Shown piece by piece: positions 35,383 to 48,977 of a stretch of 64,000 nucleotides of DNA. A program made the position numbers and the translations under genes. The stretch covers positions 617,681 to 681,680 of the forward strand of contig QPGO01000023.1 of NCBI GenBank assembly GCA_008632985.1, read 5' to 3'. Within the stretch, counting starts at the first letter, position 1. Each line of letters begins with the position of its first letter. Below the pieces are notes generated by a model. The model did not search any database, was not told the DNA's origin, and was given only the letters and a program-made list of their open reading frames with translations. The DNA comes from Psammoneis japonica (lineage: Eukaryota).

Positions 35383-37494
35383 TTACGGTGTGCATCGATT
35401 GGGGTCTCTAGGAAACATGGACGCCTTTCTAACATTGTCCAGCCCCAAGTACAAAAAGACAACGCGTTCCAATCCAATGCCAGCGCCAGCATGGGGCGAG
35501 ACACCGTGACGGAATGAATCAACGTATGTTTTCAACCCTTCCCCGGCTTCCACATCCTTCTCCTCCAATATCTTCATTACGAGTTCAGGGTCATGGCAAC
35601 GTTGTGCACCCGAGCAGATCTCTTGACCACGGATGAATATATCGTATGAGTTAGAGAAACGGCCGTCCTCAGGGTCTGGCATGGTGTAGAACGGTCTGAT
35701 CACCGCAGGGTACTTATCCAGCATGAAGAAATCAGTGCCATACTTTTCCTTTACAGCTTCGCCAAGCGACAGTTCCTAACGAACAGAAACAATAATCAAA
35801 GTCAGGGCAAACGCATTGTTAAATCCATCTCCGTGGAGACGACACGACACTGCGTATTGGACTTACCATTGCCCCCGTCAGATCGCCCATACCGTCGCCA
35901 ATATCAAAGCCTCTCTCTTTCAAAATATCCATCGCTTCAGGCCAGTGTAACACGCAAGGATCATCCGTAAAGGTTACAGGCTCTGACTCATACTGCTCTC
36001 GAATAATGCTGAGTTCCTTGCCCCAGCGAGACTCGAGGCCCGTAAAGATATGTTTGAACATGTTGTGAATGACCTCAAGCGTCTCCATGTAGTGATCGTT
36101 GATGGCCATTTCTAAATCCAAACCCGTAAATTCGCACAAGTGACGACGCGTATGAGAGTTCTCGGCACGAAAGACAGGTCCAATCTCGAACACTCTGTCC
36201 AAGTCGGAGGAAATCGCCATTTGTTTGTAGAGTTGCGGAGATTGCGCCAAGCATGCAGTAGTTCCAAAGTAATCCGTTGTAAACACTCCTGCTCCACTTT
36301 CACTCTCACCCGCAATTAGTTTGGGTGTGTGGATCTCAACAAAGCCCTGAGAATAGAGAGACTCCCGGAAGAGCTGACAAATAGCGGATTGGACTCTCAT
36401 GATTGCGTTGTTGGCCGGAGCACGCAAGTCCATCCACCTGTTATCCAATCTCAACTCCTATGTCGACCGAAAACCATTTATAATTGAATGAGCAATGCGC
36501 GAAGATATTGCATAGCGAACCGGCGGAAGTACACTAACTAGACATACCTGTCCAAGACGCGGAAACGGACGGTCGGTGCCTTGAGACTCTTCAACCTCCT
36601 TTTCACTTCTTGCAGCATCTTCCACCAAAAACGGTAGTTGAGCGTCTGCTTTTGATACAGAGTGAATCCTTTTGATGTTGAGTTCCACGTCTTGAATAGA
36701 ACATGACCGCACTTCAGCATCAGCAAGCGTTCCTTCTATGTCAATGATACTCTCTTCCGTCAGAGTCTTGAGGTATCGAATCATTTTCTGCGAAGCCTCT
36801 GGGTTCTCCTTATCCTTAAAGAAACAAGCCTGGACTGTGTCAAACGAATTTTGACGCAACACAATAAAGCAAGATCCACCTTTGACACGAATCGATTGCA
36901 GTCGTCCTCGAAGCCAAACTGTGTCGCCGGCTTTATGCTCTGTTCCTAAATCGGACACCTTGGCAAAGTTGCGTCCCGTACGACTTCGAGACATGACACG
37001 GCTAAAATCACCCATTGGCTCATACTCGTTTTGCTCTTCTACAGTTAAATAAGTAACGTCATGAATTCTTAAAGCCTCTTCACGAGCTGCTTTTTCTGCT
37101 GCCTTTTTCGCCTTCTTTTCTGCCTTTTTGCGCTCCTTCTCAGCTCTAACACGCATACACCAGGACCACGTAAGCAAAAGCAACTTGAACACACCAGAAT
37201 ACTGTCACAGCTATCTCCTAATACTTACTTTCGGGCTTCACGCTGAGCCTTGATTCGAGCTTTTTCTTCTTCCGACCTTTCCTCTGGAGGGGCAACAGCA
37301 GATGCTTGCGAGTCGTCGGGTTTGGACATCCATCGTTGGATGTAAAATGTAGATATTGAGGGATTTTTTGTTGTGCGCCAAACACGACCTGAACTAGGAA
37401 TAAAAGCAGCAGCGACTCGTCTGAATCCTAACGAATGCATGTCACCAACAGCCAAGGCGACAACTATCAAGAAAGAAGTGGGCAACGATGGCAT
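35383..37494 (-). CDS. DARS: Aspartyl-tRNA synthetase, eukaryotic type, spliced, with N-terminal extension
   Basis: OB-fold [70 protein letters not shown]. Three GT-AG introns. Confidence 0.93.
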
Positions 37495-38054
37495 CGGATT
37501 GGTGGTTTGAACGAGAAAAAATGAGGGAAAAGTTGTTCCTCTTTTGATGTTCTTGTCACTGGAAAGAGCCCAAAAATTCGTTCGAGAGTCACAAATTACT
37601 GCCGGAACCGCTTTGCTCTATTGAATAGGGAACTGAACCTCGATGCGATGAAAACATCAATAATTATCGCAGGATGAACGACACAACATCATCGATCATC
37701 GCCGTCGCGCTTTGCATCCGAGGTGCGATGAGCAGGATACGTCACTATGTCTCATAACCTAAATTCCATTCGACTAACTCGAGTTGAATGGTAGGACTAG
37801 CTCGACTAAGAACCCTGCCTGGGCATGGATGGAATTTTTGATCCTCACAAAATCGTTCGACGATGATCTTCGACGCTCATTTGCGACACTGACTTCAACG
37901 GCGAACGGTTCTATGATCATCATGGATGATCAGATTCCTCATGAAATCTACCCTCTACTACTGTATATGCTGTAGACTCTCCAGCGGATCAGAACTTGAA
38001 TGACAAACGTCTCATTTTATTTTCAAATCTGTTTTTTCAGCATCCTCATTCATC

Positions 38055-39002
38055 ATGCATTTCAACCGCGTCCTCATCACCGGTGCCAACGTAGGCCTTG
38101 GATTTGAAGCTGCTCATCAGCTAGCTAACAAGGGAATCCCCAAGGTCGTTCTAGGTTGTCGCTCGCAGAAAAAGGCTGACACGGCCAAAGCCCAGCTGGA
38201 AGAACTCACAGGTAAACGCAACGTGTTCGAGACCCTTGTTGTCGATGTTTCGAGTCTATCAAGCGTCCGCCAAGCTGTCTCTACCTTTGATGGATCTTTT
38301 GACGGATTGATCCTCAATGCTGGAGGAGCTGGTGGGGCGGACGTTGCTCGAATGACAGAGGATGGAGTTCCAATCATTGTCGCCGCAAATGTCCTCGGCC
38401 ATGTCTTGCTTGTCGATCTTCTCCTGAAAGAGGGAAAGCTAAACAAGGATGGAGGTAGCGTAGTCTACTCTGGAAGTGAAGCTGCGCGAGGCGTACCCAT
38501 GTTCAGCATGAAGAAGCCAAACCTCGAGTCAGGATCTGTTTCTGAGATGACCGCCATTACGAATGGTTCGTACTACTCAAAGAAAGACCAAACAATGGAA
38601 GGAATGTATGGGCTTACGAAACTTCTCGGAACGCTGTGGATGTCCAGTATGGCGCACCACTACCCTCAGATGCGTTTTGTTACAATCTCTCCCGGGGGTA
38701 GCACAGGAACTACGTTTGCGCGCGACATGCCGAAGCACAAGCAAGCCATGTTCAAGACGGTGATGCCCATTATGAAGTTTTTTGGCCAGATGCACTCTGT
38801 CCAAGTTGGAGCCAAGCGTTACGTCGACGCGCTCTTGGATGACAAGAGCTACGAGAGTGGCGTCTTCTATGCCTCCAAGAAGGGCACCTCCGGCAAAGTT
38901 GTTGACCAAGTCAGGCATCTCGAGATTCTACACGACATTGACTATCAGGAACACGCAAACAAGGCTATTCACACCTTCATTCCTGTGGAGGCCAGTGCGT
39001 GA
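38055..39002 (+). CDS. Short-chain dehydrogenase/reductase
   Basis: ITGANVGLG, LNAGG, NVLGH, YGLTK (YxxxK). Confidence 0.85.
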   Translation: MHFNRVLITGANVGLGFEAAHQLANKGIPKVVLGCRSQKKADTAKAQLEELTGKRNVFETLVVDVSSLSSVRQAVSTFDGSFDGLILNAGGAGGADVARMTEDGVPIIVAANVLGHVLLVDLLLKEGKLNKDGGSVVYSGSEAARGVPMFSMKKPNLESGSVSEMTAITNGSYYSKKDQTMEGMYGLTKLLGTLWMSSMAHHYPQMRFVTISPGGSTGTTFARDMPKHKQAMFKTVMPIMKFFGQMHSVQVGAKRYVDALLDDKSYESGVFYASKKGTSGKVVDQVRHLEILHDIDYQEHANKAIHTFIPVEASA

Positions 39003-39193
39003 ATTAGCCACTCCTACTTTCTTTTGCGGCGAAGGGGCAGAAAAGTATGAGGCAGATGCCTGTGCGACTTTCTTGACAAGATGCGACTCAGCGAACTTAC
39101 TCTCTCTAGCTGACTACATTCATTAGATGTCCTATTTCTGTTCGACTCCTCTTCATTTTCTTAAACCACCCAAGCGTTGGGCCAATGAGTGGG

Positions 39194-41719
39194 TCAGTTA
39201 TTCCATCTTTCCGCCTCCGACATGGTTGCTTTTCGACCTTTCAACTCATATTTTCCGTACTTCTTCCATTTCTCTCGCTTCGCCTTTTCCTTTGGCTCCG
39301 CAATTCGATGCCATATGTTCATATCTGGCAGCTGCTTGGGGCGACCTAGAAACGCACAAGGAATGATATAATGTCAGAAGATGATGGTGCTGACACAGAA
39401 GAGGAACTGCCACTCATTGCATATGGTGTCTCACCAGCAACCTCATCAGCATCGGTTTGTTCAATTTCTCGAATTCCATCGTCGTCTCCGTGTGTTCCAA
39501 CTCCTCCGCACTGGTGGATAGTCCCATCTAATCCAACAATTATTGAATGAACGTAACCGCACTCAACGTCGACAGCTTTCACAAACGGCTCATCCCCGAC
39601 TTTCTGGCTGCCTGTTAAAACGACTCGGCGAGGAATACAAACGTTTCCACTACTAATGCCCAAACCAATTCGGCCGGCATCGGACTTGCCCCAGGAGAAC
39701 ACATCCCCGGTGGTCGTTACAGCCATGCTCATGTCCACTCCAGCGCTCATGTTGAGAATTTTGATGCCTTGATCATCTGTACATACACATAGAAAAGCCG
39801 AATTTATAAGTGTCCATCCGCTTACGGTACAAAATTTCAGTAAGATGACATACCAAACTCCATAACTTTCATCGGAAATGCCTCCGAGGTAAAATCACCA
39901 TGTCCTAAGGCCCCAGAAACACCGGAGCCAAATGTATAAAGAGAACCTGTGTCGTCGAGAAGCATACTGTCGAAACAGACCCAATTGCAGTCAGGTTTGA
40001 GTAAGCTGCAGCGACGACGGCGAAGGAAGGCAAACGAAGAATCAGAAACAATCGACTTACCTGTGACGATGACCAGCGCTCGCACCGACAATATTGATTC
40101 CTTTCAAGTGATCAATAATCATTGGAATACATTGATCACTGGAGTCATCTAGGGTAAGATTTGCAAGCAATCAATATGCGCCAAGGTTTCTTCAGACATT
40201 CCACCACCGTCTTCGTCACATTTTCTCCTTCGCCGACGGTAGCTGCCAAAGCAGCTACAGCAGGTGCCGGTGGCTGCTCGTCTTCGCCCATGGCAAGGGC
40301 ATTTTCAGCTGCAGCCAGTGCATCTCCACCGTCGCCGCCATTATCCAGAGCAGGAGGTGGTAGCGCCACACCCTCCACGCCACCAAGTGCAACAACTGCA
40401 GCATCGGCATCATATTCAAAGGGAGTAAAGTTTCGTCCAAGGACACCAAAGTACCCAAGACCAAACGAGAACACTTCTCCTCTTCCGTGACACAGAGCGT
40501 GTGTCGGCTACCACACGCTACACTGGCGACGCACTCGTCTTCCAACCCGCCACATTCCACTTGCTTTGGCAAAATTGAGGACGCTTGTCGCCCAATCCCA
40601 ATTGACCACAGAATCCATCTCCCCAGGTGTACACATCTCCATCAGAAGTGACAGCAGCGCTGTGTAGCTCACCCGCCGAAACACAAATGCATCGAACATT
40701 GGCCAACGCATCAATATACCGGGGGCGCAATTCATCAGAAAGTTGCTTCCCCGAGCTATAGCCATGCCCAAGTTGTCCATACTGTGCTGTTCCAAACGAC
40801 AAGACGCGACCCATTGACGTTAACAAGAGGGAATGAGCGACTCGCACCAAGCCTCCACCTGCAGATATCTATATGAAAGAATAAAAGATCAGTATATAAT
40901 ATTTTCACCAGGAATTTCAAGGCTTACATTCCAACCATACCTGAACAATTCGAATTCCATATCCGATCCACCAACCAACATTTTGGGAGTAGCTTGGTCT
41001 TCTCGTTTGCCATGTCCAAGCTGTCCTCGTTTACCGACACCCCAGGAAGCAACGCCCGATCCTCCTGCTCCACACTTTTCCCCGTCTCCGCCAATACGAA
41101 CGAGGGAATGTTCCGGAGAAACCGATGCGAATCGTCCTTCACAACCGTTGGTGTCATGACCGGGCTTTTCTTACTTCCACAACCAGAGGCGCAAATCCAT
41201 TCACGGCTTCTTGAAGAAATCGTGCATACGACACAAACTCATCGGCATAGTTCTCAGAATCGAAATTTTTTGTTTTTCGTTTTGTAACAAGACGACCTGT
41301 ATCGCCTCCTCCATAGGACTGTTCAATAATTGCACGTGCCTCTGCCTCGTCACGACACATGTCGATACACCCTACACCACCACGTGTTTTCAACCGAGGT
41401 CGGTTCAGTCTCGACATGATGTAGGGGGCTCGGCAAGAATACAACATGGCACGTAGCGATCGACACGTCATGGAGAATGCTCCCAGTTCTCGGGCAGGTA
41501 AACAAGAAAAAATCTGATGCATGGAATCCTCCGATATCTTTTCTAGCAATAGCATGGTTCATCAGCAGACTTTGGTGGGCCTTTGACTTCCGTAGCTGTC
41601 TCTGCTGTGTAACTCGCCTTTGGTTTGGAGGCATCTTTTTCTCGAGCGAGTCGCCGTGCTTCCTGTTTTTCTTGACGAACACGTTTGCGTTCCTCCCGTT
41701 CTTCCTTACTACGAGGCAT
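39194..41719 (-). CDS. F-box-like + RCC1-repeat protein, spliced, several apparent frameshifts
   Basis: MPRSKEER start, F-box-like [29 protein letters not shown]1 repeats ([45 protein letters not shown]). Confidence 0.8.
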
Positions 41720-41950
41720 GGTTCCAAGTGCTAAAGAGATGAACGGATAGAGTCGTCAGGTGTTGTTGTGCTGAGTTAGCTGCTACTTTGATTCCTTTGA
41801 TGGCATGTGCGTGCCCGCCGCCATTGTGCTCGACGTTCTGACTGTGACGTTTGACGGACTGCGGACAGATCGAGCTAATGCGTGAGACTCCGCGCGGGAA
41901 CGTGCGGCGTTTATCTTGGCAAAAAAGATTCGGGAGAGACATCATGAACC

Positions 41951-42714
41951 ATGACGACCCTGAAACTGTATGGCATTCCTCTGTCTCAGCCATTTAGATC
42001 CGTGGCATGGACGTTGCTTCAAGGAAGAGCGAAATTCGATATTGAAATTGTAGTTCCGGGAGCAACGTCACGGATAGGAAGCCTAAACGAAACATACCTA
42101 CGCAAGACACAACATCACACCGGTAGGATACCAATTTTACAGGATGGAGAGTTTGTGCTTTCAGAGAGTCCAGCTATTCTGTCCTATCTATGTGAACGTA
42201 TGGATGGAATCACTTGTACGGACCTCCAGGTTCCGAGAAGAAGGCAAAGATTGATTCATACATGCACTGGCACCACACGGGCACGAGGAATCTAGCACGA
42301 TTGTCTTTTCCGATTTTCAGGCCAGAAAAACATGCGACTCTACGAGATAAAGACAAACGTTTGGTTGAAGAAGCTCTTGATTCCTTGGAGAATGGTTGGT
42401 TGTCAGGTCAAAGCTATATCGCTGGTGAAAACAGTCCATCGATTGCAGACATCCTAGCGTACGAAGAGGTGATTGGCATAATGATGACTGGTCTGTTTTC
42501 GACCAAATCACATCCAAATATACAAGCATGGGTAGAGCGGATGCACAAGTTGCCCTTTCATACGGAAGCTCATGCGGCTCTCGAAATTCTAGGAAATTTA
42601 TCTGAGCCATCAGAAGTAACAATTGGCAAGCGCCTTTCTGCCGCCAACAAGAAGGGCATACAGGCACTCATGACGGCGCAGCAACAGTTTGAAAACCCCA
42701 CGTCGAGTCTATGA
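41951..42714 (+). CDS. Glutathione S-transferase, theta-like; frameshift near 42205
   Basis: LSQPFRSV, GRIP, LSESPAILSYL, KIDSYMHWHH, SIADI. Confidence 0.85.
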
Positions 42715-43888
42715 AGTTGATGCTTTACGACACTTGTTCAGTACCAGAAAATGTGGGCCCCTGTGAAATTGGAGGACATGTCTGAAAAAAATGGTTTGTC
42801 GGCTAACACTGGGTTGCACCATCTTCTTTAGCTTGGAAAAGGTTAAACCACAGTATTCCTACTTACCGACGGAGTCGTATGGGTGACGTAGTGCTGTACC
42901 ATCTGCCATGAAACAATAAGATTGAGTGACGTGCTGTTGCGTATTGACGCACTTCAACGATCGGCGACTGACTAGATTGGAAGCGTCATTTCATCAGGGA
43001 GAGGTTCAACTAACTGTCAGCTCTATGGATATTTATCGAGACGCTCATGTCGCATGACGCAAGCGTTGCACCGCCTACTCCGACAAAGGTATTGGGTGCA
43101 TCACTCGACGAGTTGACACCTCCAAGTCACGGAAATCACAAATTGTGGCGATGCCGATGGATCCGATCGCGAATGTGATGGAGTGAGTCCGGCGGGTCGT
43201 TTATCAAATGCTCGTAATGTATATTTTTCATTATAATTTGCATCATATGATTGGTGTATGACCTTATTTTACTGAAAAAGATTCGAAATCTAATACTATC
43301 ATATATTGCTTAATAATTGTACAATGTTATAATATATTGATACTTGAATGGTTTATACAGTTCACATACGACTGTTAGTTATGCTGGCGTGTGGCGAAGC
43401 TCACAAAAAACAGGAATCGCAAAATGAGAAGCATTTCAAATCCCGCATCGTCTGAACAAAACAAACACCATCGAAAGTCAATCGTAGACAATTGAAACAT
43501 CTGAATTTCACAAGGAATAGAGTAAGTTTTGTACGCGGAATGCATTGTGCATTAAAAACGGTGTGCTGTCGTTAGCGTGATACAAGCATACCATGCGTTG
43601 ATTCTATGCATCACCCGAAAAAACGAGTATTGTTGCACATCCTCCGTAACAAGAGCTCGATTGAAGCTATGTGGAGTAGACTGAATGTTCGTTCCCGCAT
43701 GTTTCCGCATAGGAGAATAAAACTGTTGTTGGAGATGCAATCGTCTCACTTTTTTCCCAGTCGGAGGAAGTTCACTTACAAAAAACGTCCCACAAAACTA
43801 ACATACAACTCATCTCCGGCTTGCTTGTTCTTTCGGTTGCCTCTACCTGCCTGACAAGTCACCTTGACACTTTGTGAAGAACTTCATT

Positions 43889-44677
43889 ATGAAAATCTTC
43901 AACCAAACCAAGAAGAACAACGTTCCCGATGAAGTCTTTCATCTAGGCGAGAACAATTCCCATCAAAGTGCTTTATCGCATTCACTTCGAAAGGTAGCCT
44001 CCCGACATTCATCGTCGAAGCAAGAAGGGCCCGACGAAGCGCCTGGCATATACCGATCCAGAACCACTGGCGACTCGTATGAAGACGACTTTGAAATCAA
44101 AAGGACTGGATCCGGAGGGCTTTTCATGATGAAGAAAAAGGGATTCCACGAGAAGATGGAGATTAGCCGCGCAAAGGCGATTCAGATGAGCGCTGTGCTG
44201 GAGCTTTCCGATGTCCGCGACACGGACTTGAACAAGAATGTAAAGCTCAAGCGTAAGCCTAGAGAGATCACTGCAGCTCCTTCCTTGAGGACAATGACTG
44301 CGGCCCAGGCTGTGGAAGCTTACAAGAAACAGGAAAAGATTGCTGAGCAAAACAAAAAGCCCGATCCTCTTTTGTCTGAGAGGGAACTAGAAGCTGAAAA
44401 GAGAACAGAGGAGCACAAGAAATGGAAGGAAGATAAACTCAAGAAACGTGACGTTCTTCGTCAGAAGCACAGTTCCGCCGTTAGACCCAGAATGCCCCTG
44501 TCGCATCGACAGGAGAATATCGTCGTCGCTGTCTCAGCAACCCACAAACCAAAAAGAAACGGTGGGTCACACTCTGATTTGCCGGTGGAAGAATCCATCG
44601 AGGTTGTCTTGCCCTCTGTTTCAAACAAAAGCCGCCAACAAACGACTCTGCTTCATGATCTTCCCGCCATCTGCTAG
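43889..44677 (+). CDS. Hypothetical charged protein
   Basis: Long ORF with a plausible ATG (MKIFNQ) and coiled-coil-like composition. Confidence 0.5.
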   Translation: MKIFNQTKKNNVPDEVFHLGENNSHQSALSHSLRKVASRHSSSKQEGPDEAPGIYRSRTTGDSYEDDFEIKRTGSGGLFMMKKKGFHEKMEISRAKAIQMSAVLELSDVRDTDLNKNVKLKRKPREITAAPSLRTMTAAQAVEAYKKQEKIAEQNKKPDPLLSERELEAEKRTEEHKKWKEDKLKKRDVLRQKHSSAVRPRMPLSHRQENIVVAVSATHKPKRNGGSHSDLPVEESIEVVLPSVSNKSRQQTTLLHDLPAIC

Positions 44678-45488
44678 ATTAGCTGGTCTTTTGTCGTCTA
44701 GCGTAGTCGCTGCATGCATGCATAGCTAGATACCGAAGAAACGTCTCGATGTTAAGATGCGTTTATTAGTTTCATACTATATCCTTGATTCATGGATTTC
44801 GGTAGGATAGCGTCTTGTCCATTTCCAATTTTGTGTGTTGCGCACGCCTTGACAACTGCAGACAGCGTCAGTGACACCGGTATGAGAGCTGGATACTGCA
44901 GAACACATGATGCACGACGTTTGCTGCGTAACTGTTCTCTCTAGTGTTGTTCGTTATCACGTTTTAATGCAATTCTTGGGGATAGCAGAAGCAACTAGAT
45001 TGATGTATGGGTCTGCCGGTATTCAATTTGTCTTTGAATATTTCCCCGTTACACAACTCGTTGCGGTGAGCGGAAACTCAGCTTGATCTGGTATGCGGTC
45101 GATAGTTTGATTCATGACATTAGCTGCGCAATTATTCTCTATTGCAGTTTCATTATCTATTGATATAAAATGTGCGTTAATGATGAAAGCGACTCGTTGA
45201 TGTGTATGTGTCTATTGCAAGAGCCGTTTCTTGGAGAGTGTAGTAAGACATGCAATCATAAAATAAAAGGAGGAAACCGTAAAGACGTGATGCTTCTTCG
45301 CCAACGACATGCAGCAGATACATTCATGTAGGTTAACCAAAAGATGGGCATTGACCTTCCCCCCTCTGCCGACGCATCTCTCATCCGATTCCAAAAACTT
45401 GTGGTACTTTCTTACCGCTCGAAAACTCGTGATGCAGCCCCCCAGGCCACGCAAGTAGCTTCACTAGCCATGGTAGCATACAAGCCTG

Positions 45489-46615
45489 TTAGCTACGCGA
45501 CTTGAGGTAGCCAAATAGGTGCGCGGCCTCTTCCAGGCTGGGTAGACCCTCGTCAAAGCAGGTGGACGCCTCATGGCAGGCTTCCCTCCATAGAGTGGGG
45601 CTCTCACGAAGATACTTGGATCGACGTTCAGCTGGAGATTGTTCCTCCGCGCGACGCTTGCGGTTTCCTTGAGCAGACTGGGCCTGCTCCTTGAGGAATA
45701 CCCTGAGGTATCGGTTCTTGAGACGCAACACCTCGGCACTGCGGCGGCTCTGAACTTTCTTGCGGTCGCTGGCAATCTCACTCACAAACTGATATGAAAA
45801 CTGACAGTCCTTGAAAGTACGTAGTATCCGTCCAGAGACACGTTGGTAGAAACGCTCACATCTTCAATCGTCGGCGCTTGCTTCCCATGAGGGCGAAGGA
45901 CGTGCACATCAATGGTTTCAGTGCGGCTTACTACACCACTGTGCTTGTTAACCTCACACGTCGTGGAGTTGAAATCGTCGTCCGAAGTCGAGAGACTGTC
46001 TGTATCTGAACCTGAGCTGGAAGCTTCGCTCACAGCATGAACATCCGGAACAAAAGACGAAACATCGTCACTCCCGACCACCGATACTTTCCTCCCTAAC
46101 GGAGATGATGTATGCGGACCATCCATCGAAACGACGCGTTGACGAGTCGGAGTCGAGGCTGGCTTGGTCATGTCGAGAGCAAGGTAGGGAGCATTCTGCG
46201 ATTGGTTTCCAGAGGTGCGAGTGTTGACCGCCTGAGCAGCAGCGGCGGCGGCAGCGGCTGCAGCTGCGGCCTGGACTTGAGCTTGCTGTTGGAGCCTTGC
46301 TTCGACTCTGGGTTTCCAGTAGCGTTTTCGGTTGTTGACAAACCAGTTGGTTAGCTGCTTGAGCTCGATACCAGTGTCTTCCATGATTTGGGCCTTCTCT
46401 TGCTCAGTCGGGTACGGATGAGCAATGTGCTCAGGACTCATCATCCAAGCCTTGAGGTACTCTACGGTCTCGGATGGAAGACTTGAGGATTTTCGGACAG
46501 AACTCTTGCTTTGCTTGAGGGTCGCCGAAGAGACTGAAACAGAAGAGGAAGAGCGACTTCTTCTCGGGCTGGGTGATTCGGGGACCACGGAAACGTTGCC
46601 TTTAGGAGACATCAT
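45489..46615 (-). CDS. TALE-class homeodomain (Homeobox_KN) transcription factor; frameshift near 45830
   Basis: LPSETVEYLKAWMMSPEHIAHPYPTEQEK...QLTNWFVNNRKRYW, with the PYP loop. Confidence 0.88.
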
Positions 46616-48977
46616 GATGGTTCGTTCTTACTTTTGATGGCTTTCGTGTGAAAATGACGATCAGTGATCTGTGATGGATCAAAACAAGTTGGATTTTTGC
46701 GTTCCGATGGTCGTACGTGACCTGTAGTACAGTGACGCAAGCACAGCGGGTGAGAAGCGATTCGATTGGCTGGCAAGTCAGTGATGATGTGCTGAGTTTG
46801 TCCTGCGGACAGCGGCAATATCGATGAAACGTCGTCAATTCCAGAAATAACCCGGAGAGTTGAACACGTCTCTGCAACTTTCGAAAAATTTAGCTCTCTA
46901 TGTTTGATAGTCATTGTCGGAGGGAGAATTGGCGGCTGGTGCATTCCACCGTGGAAACAATGCCACATCATTGAAGATGTTTGTGTACGACCATGAAGAT
47001 TACATTTAATTTCCGAGCGAGAAAGCGCGCGCAAACAAGTTGAAGCGAGGATTTATCTCCTCCGACGTCACCATGACAAATGCTAATGCCCCGAATGAAT
47101 GACGTCGAAAACATTGTGTAGAACCCACGGGAAACCTCTGGTATCAATGATGGATCCCATCAAAGTAATTCAAACGAGAAACATCAAACACACGTAGATT
47201 TTGTACTGTGAAACGCGTAGACGCTCGGATGCAATGAGAAAGCACGAACAAACATCATGGCGACGGAATCGCCCTTTGCGACTTGCGACCCCTTTCAAAG
47301 ACGCCAGTCGTTGTCGTTGCATCAACAAAGCTAATATCGTATCAGTAGATACAGGTAAGTGGACAGAGTGGATCGAACGGACCTTGATACGATGATCGTG
47401 CCAGTCACAGTCGTGATGGGACGAATGCTGTCGGAGTGAGAAAATGGAAAAATTGGCATTCCCACGAATGCGCGACCCGCGCGCCAAAGAATCACGAAAA
47501 AACCGAGGGAACATCAATTGGCAATCATTGTCCGCAATGGCGCGATTGTTGTACGCAACGCATGGATGAAAGCGGCAAGTCAATAGCAAATGGAAATGTA
47601 GAGAGAGATACGCTCGAGAGTTTGTGTATAAAACGGGATGCGAGCGTAGGTTCAACAGGAAGGCTTTGTCGCAGTCAGTGGTCAGTCACGCATACCTTAC
47701 AACGGATCAACACGAGGGAACAACGGGTTCAAAGTGACACTTGAGTCGAACCGCAGGAATGGACGCAGATGTGACGTCGCAATCAAAAATATGGCAGTAG
47801 AAGGCGGTTTCGATGAGGATTGAGCGTCGTGGAACGCAGACTTTCTTACCTTGACGAATGTCGAGTGATGGCTCGATAAAATGCTGTCAAGACGAACAGA
47901 GTTTGTGTGAGATTTTGAACAGAAACGTTGGTCGCGGCATTCGATTGGCCGGCTCTCGAATTTCGCAAAGCTTTCCCGCGTAAAATCTCCCACTTATGCG
48001 AACACGATGACGTCGTAGGCCCAATGAAAACAGCTGAATAAATAAAAATGTCTGACGTTTGTGAGAAAAATGGCGGGAAAATCCTCCGTAGAAAGTGTAT
48101 TGGGTTCCACGGGGGCTTTAGTCATTTGAGCGCCACATCAGTGGAATTCGCTTCGAGATGTCAATCTCGCGATCACATTTTGATGTCCCATCCGATCGTT
48201 CGCTGATTGGAACTTGGCACGATCGATGCATTCCTATTGGATGCAAACCATTTGACGTTCTCGTACGCACTTGGCGGTGCCTTCGCATTATGGCGCGGTT
48301 CCGTTACCTTTGCCCAATACGGTGTACGAGTGAGGCAAATCGAATTCAACGTTAGCAATGCTGGACATGGTAATACACATTTTTGATCGGTGGATTGGTA
48401 ACGAGGTGATGGGACGTCTCAGCTGATGGCGCCAAGAAGGGCTAGCTGAGGGAATCGAGAAAGCACTGCAGCAAGTGCATCGAAAGGCTTTGATGCTTCT
48501 GCTTTCATCATCTCATGGCGATGAGATCCTCGATGCCTTATCGGAGTCGACGGCACGAGATAACAATGGCTTTCGTAGAATTTTTGTCAGTTGACTAATG
48601 CTTAAAATAATAAAACAGTACCTCCTTCTGCCCACTGTTAGTCACGGACAAGAACCTTCGGCTCTGTCAACCAACAAGCTTCCCATGCTCTACCGTATGT
48701 GCTTGCAAGTTGCAAATAATTTATCCATTGGAACTGCAGCGCAGCAAAGACTACTCTATGCATAACATATACGAGTACTTAAATACACTAGAACAGTATG
48801 CTCCATACGTCTTTAATTTGTGGAGTGTGAGTAGAGCGGTATTCACGTCTCTCTCTACTTCTATTATATAGAGAGCGACCGTAAGTTCTGAGAAGCCACA
48901 CGGTCAACGCCATTCCCGACAGTCTTATCGATTGCGCACCCAGAGAAAAGACAATAACAACGGCTCAATCATTTCCT

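Noticed and set aside
1472..46615. Frameshifts in Rab11, TCD, ZIP, RCC1, GST and the homeobox gene as programmed frameshifting or mass pseudogenisation
   Set aside because: The cases examined are single missing bases in short homopolymers (e.g. AAC AAA GTA in Rab11, GAT CCC TGG in TCD) within otherwise conserved genes. This is typical of unpolished long-read assembly.
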